From: Callorhinchus milii | Lineage: Eukaryota | NCBI RefSeq assembly: GCF_018977255.1 | Contig: NW_024704742.1 | Coordinates: forward strand, 129,334,001 to 129,398,000 | Length of the DNA: 64,000 nt | Direction: 5' to 3' | Shown: positions 60,506 through 64,000 of the stretch, one piece after another | Position numbering within the stretch: the stretch's first letter is position 1 | Layout: every line of letters starts with the position of its first letter | Program-made: the position numbers and the translations under genes | Notes under the pieces: model-generated | What the model saw: only the letters and a program-made list of their open reading frames with translations | Databases searched by the model: none | What the model was told of the DNA's origin: nothing

Positions 60506-63382
60506 GTGGGCATTAAACAATAATATATTTTGTTTAACAAGTGCATTATTGGCATTTTCCCTTTTACAAGTAAAGAAGATATTGCATTATGTTAAGCAGT
60601 GGAACTTTATAAGATCCATTTCATTTAGGCAAGGAAAGTGATTAAAGTTAACTTGGGTGAGGAATCTTAACATGATGTACATTGAGTACTATCCACACCC
60701 ATTTCAGGCAGCTAAGAATGGAAAAGACACTGGAATGATGCTAGTCATTAGATTCAATGCAGCTTAGAATGATTAGTGTCAATATACTAGATGTTCTTGC
60801 AAGTTAATAGTGGACTGGTTGTGTGATTTTTAAAAAAAAATTCTCACACTTGTTTAACATTAAGGTATTTTACGCATTTATTTATTCAGTTAGAGGATAA
60901 GCATGGAGATTCGTTTGCCTTAATTAGTGAGAGGTTATTTTCGTCTGGTTTGAGCAGCCTGAAAACCAAGAGCTGAATGGATCCTAGTCAGGATTTGGAT
61001 TGTGAAAGGCTAGTGGGGCTTTGATTGCTTGAGCGATGCTTTTTGGATCCACTGAAGGGGGAGACAATTCATTCCAGAGCAGAGGAAGCTGGATGCAAAA
61101 TAAAATAAACCCAACAAATTCTACTGAAACCTGAAAGACTCGCTCTACAAAGTATTGGATAAAATGGCAGAGAATGAGAAGAAAGGAATTCAGCAGTGTG
61201 TGGGTTAGTAAAGTCAAGCAACAGAGCAGCGAAAGTTGGATTGTTCTGTTCTGGAACTGCTGTGAGCATCCTATAAGAAATTTCTAATAAAATTGAATTG
61301 TAAATATACCATTGAAACTTCTTGGTGATCCTTTGATTATACGTAGCTGCAGGATTAAGTTGACTGGAAGTGGTCATTAACCTACATTTCACACATTCCT
61401 GGCAGTATTTGTAATGATTATTAATTTTATGGATGCTGCCATTACAATTATATGATAAGTTATTATGCATTTATTAGCATTAATAAAACATTTAATTGGT
61501 AGTACTTAAACTGACAGAATCTAGTAGTGTAATTTATAGAGTCTAGGGATGGAGGCTTTAATATGCCGAATCCTGTCATTCTGACTTTCTACCTAAAATT
61601 ACTGCAGATGCAATTAAGAAAATATATAATTGAACTTTATCAAACAATTCCTCAATTAAGTTCAAACTATTCTATCTTAACTAAAGCCCCAAAAGCCTAT
61701 ATTGCGCATTTGGCATATTTAGATTAAATGTTTAAATTATTATTTATATTAAATAATTACTTCAAGTCCTGGATGAGAGCTAACTTTCTCCAATTGAATG
61801 TCGACAAGACAAAGGCTCTCCCACTTGGCTCCTGTCAGCACCTTCTCACCTCAGGTACCCACACCATCACTGTGACAGCATTTCTGGCACCAACTCTACC
61901 TTGCTGTGATTGTGCACAAGCTAAAGTGCATCAAGAAATTCTCTTGAGGCCATTTGTGTAGTTCCCAGCTGCACTGAGAAAGCCTGAGAACAGATTTTAT
62001 TCTTGCAATAAGAATTTCATTATCTGAAGATTGGAGAACTCTAGTAAAAAAAAAGTTCTGTTCTCATAATGGGAAAAGAGGGGTGTTGTGCTAGAAGGAA
62101 AAAAAACTATTCTCTTTTTTAAAAAACGCATCCTAATTGCCCATTTTAATTGTCTTCTGTGTTCTATAATGTCTTTTAGGGATAGTTTGTGAACAGATAA
62201 ATTGCTTCCCTCCCTGTGCAACAAAGTTCTTTCTGCTCTGGGAACAGCAGCCTGCATGTACCACAATGTGAACAGTACTTTAAAAGTCTGAAACAGTAAT
62301 GGGATCAATGACAGACCCACTTAAGCGTGCAGTTATTTCTACACGTTTTGGAATTGTGAGGGAATTCAGTAGAATATATTTTGTCTTTAAGGGGTTTTCT
62401 TTTTGAATTTTAGATGTTTTACCATTTTCGACTTGAAGACTATTTTCGAGGCTTGGTTATATGTTATCCTGGGTTTTCTTTTCCATTTGTCCTGCCACAC
62501 AACTGCATCCTTCTACTCTTTCCAACATTAGTGCCACTGCCTTTCTTTGGTCAGTAAACTTGAGCAGTCTGGCAAAGGATTCCTTCTCCCACTCTCTCTT
62601 TCCCCAGGATGCCTGGCTGACCAGAGACTTTACAACTTGTTTATCTCAGATTCCTCATGAGAAACTAGTTATATAGTTGAGAATTCATTGTATTGGTGAG
62701 TAGTGTCAGAATCAAGATCAGGGTTTTTGGAATGGTAAAGAAATTACTTGGTAAGCTGCTTCATCCAACTTCCACATATAAACAGGGTACTAGTGTCATC
62801 CCATGAGAGAAAAATTTACCCAATGCACTTTGTGTTGTTCACGAGGACATGTCCTTTGCTGTGCGCAAGATACCATTCTTTGCTATTCTTCCTTTTTTAA
62901 TCACCAATCTTTATTGATTTCTCAGGTTGTCAAACTCTCTTACAGCCTGTATCTCTTCAGAGTTTTTTTTTCTTGTTTATTATTTTGTTTGCACAGTTGT
63001 GAGGTTTTCAAGGTGTTCTTTCTGCTTCTCTGCTTTGGCAGACTGGCTGTACAAAATACGCATTGCTTGTCACAAGTCTGCCCTGAGAATGACTCCCATG
63101 AAATATCAACACACTGTTACTACAGAATAACAGTTTAATGAAAATTATGAAATGTGCTCCAAAAGGCTGATTAGTTGAGAGGAATTTGGCTTTTTTCACA
63201 ACCAAGCTTTGTGTAATCTACAAATCTAGGATATGCATGCCAACTTTCTTAAAGGGTTTTGTCCTAATAGGATAATAACCTTATTATATCTGTTGTAACT
63301 TCAAATAGTGAGGAAGGCTATACCCACAGTAAGTATATTTCAGACGCTAAATTAGAATTTCTTAGTTTTTGTTCCAGCCGAA

Positions 63383-63628
63383 TGTCTGACACATGCGGAA
63401 ACCCATCACCGTGCTTGAGTATTCAAACCAAACTGAGAATTCCATGCATCCCATCTACATATGGAAATTCCAGAAGTAATTGTTGGAATGGTATGAGGAC
63501 TCTCTCCTGAGAGGGACACATCCTGCTTACCTAATTGCAAATAGTATTAGGCTCAGGTTGACAAGAGCCAAGAATTGGAGACCCCAGAGTATACACTGGG
63601 GTACTGCTGGAGTCTAACCAGCTAAAAC
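63383..63628. repeat. Unclassified interspersed repeat, copy 2 (uninterrupted)
   Basis: tgtctgacacatgcggaaacccatca...gcttacctaatt...ggggtactgctggagtct, matching 7719-7967 plus 8879-8907. Confidence 0.75.
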
Positions 63629-64000
63629 CGCAGAGCTTGCCTTTGATATAGTGTTTTATGAATGCATTTGTGAACAGAAATAACATTGATTAATACAGAA
63701 ACTAACTTATTTTGCCTTTGTATGTATATAGCCAAGTGGTTAGACACAATAGAATCACATTGTGTCTTGGCTCTGAATGTTTGTAATACAAACATATAAT
63801 CCTGAAATACTGACATTAGTAACATTTTTGTTACACACAGTATTAAAAAAATCATAATAAGGTTAGGACAAGACATTTCCTGAGAGAAAAATGATTTGTA
63901 CACCATTTGCAATCTTTTGTGTGATTTGAAATATTTTCCACAGAAATCACTTATGTGCGGTGAACTCAAGTGTTGGATATTACTATAGGCTACAGGACAA

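Noticed and set aside
60890..61270. Non-repetitive purine-rich block after an acceptor-like tttattcag
   Set aside because: Immediate stop in the required phase, no homology and no clear donor; nothing supportable.

Overview
This is vertebrate genomic DNA, most likely from a cartilaginous fish. The taxon is inferred from the CR1, L2 and tRNA-headed Deu-domain SINE content; there are no prokaryotic operons or CRISPR arrays. The main feature is the 5' part of a giant HERC1-family E3 ubiquitin ligase gene on the + strand. It has a CpG-island promoter at ~9.0-10.4 kb, ATG at 22461, and 29 phase-consistent GT-AG coding exons to 60505 (5515 nt, ~1838 codons, including the first RCC1-like domain); the gene runs off the window. 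Outside the RCC1 repeats the protein looks much more diverged from human HERC1 (as I recall that sequence) than expected for an orthologue, so it may be a second HERC1 paralogue. The same island appears to drive a divergent minus-strand spliced transcript with non-coding, uORF-rich exons. Introns are filled with L2 and CR1 LINE fragments and young and old DeuSINEs, often nested with visible target-site duplications. They also hold two near-perfect long hairpins, a MITE-like foldback, an unclassified ~250-bp repeat, and a duplicated ~175-bp element with H/ACA-like geometry on either side of one exon. I found no evidence of a wholly novel multi-gene system.
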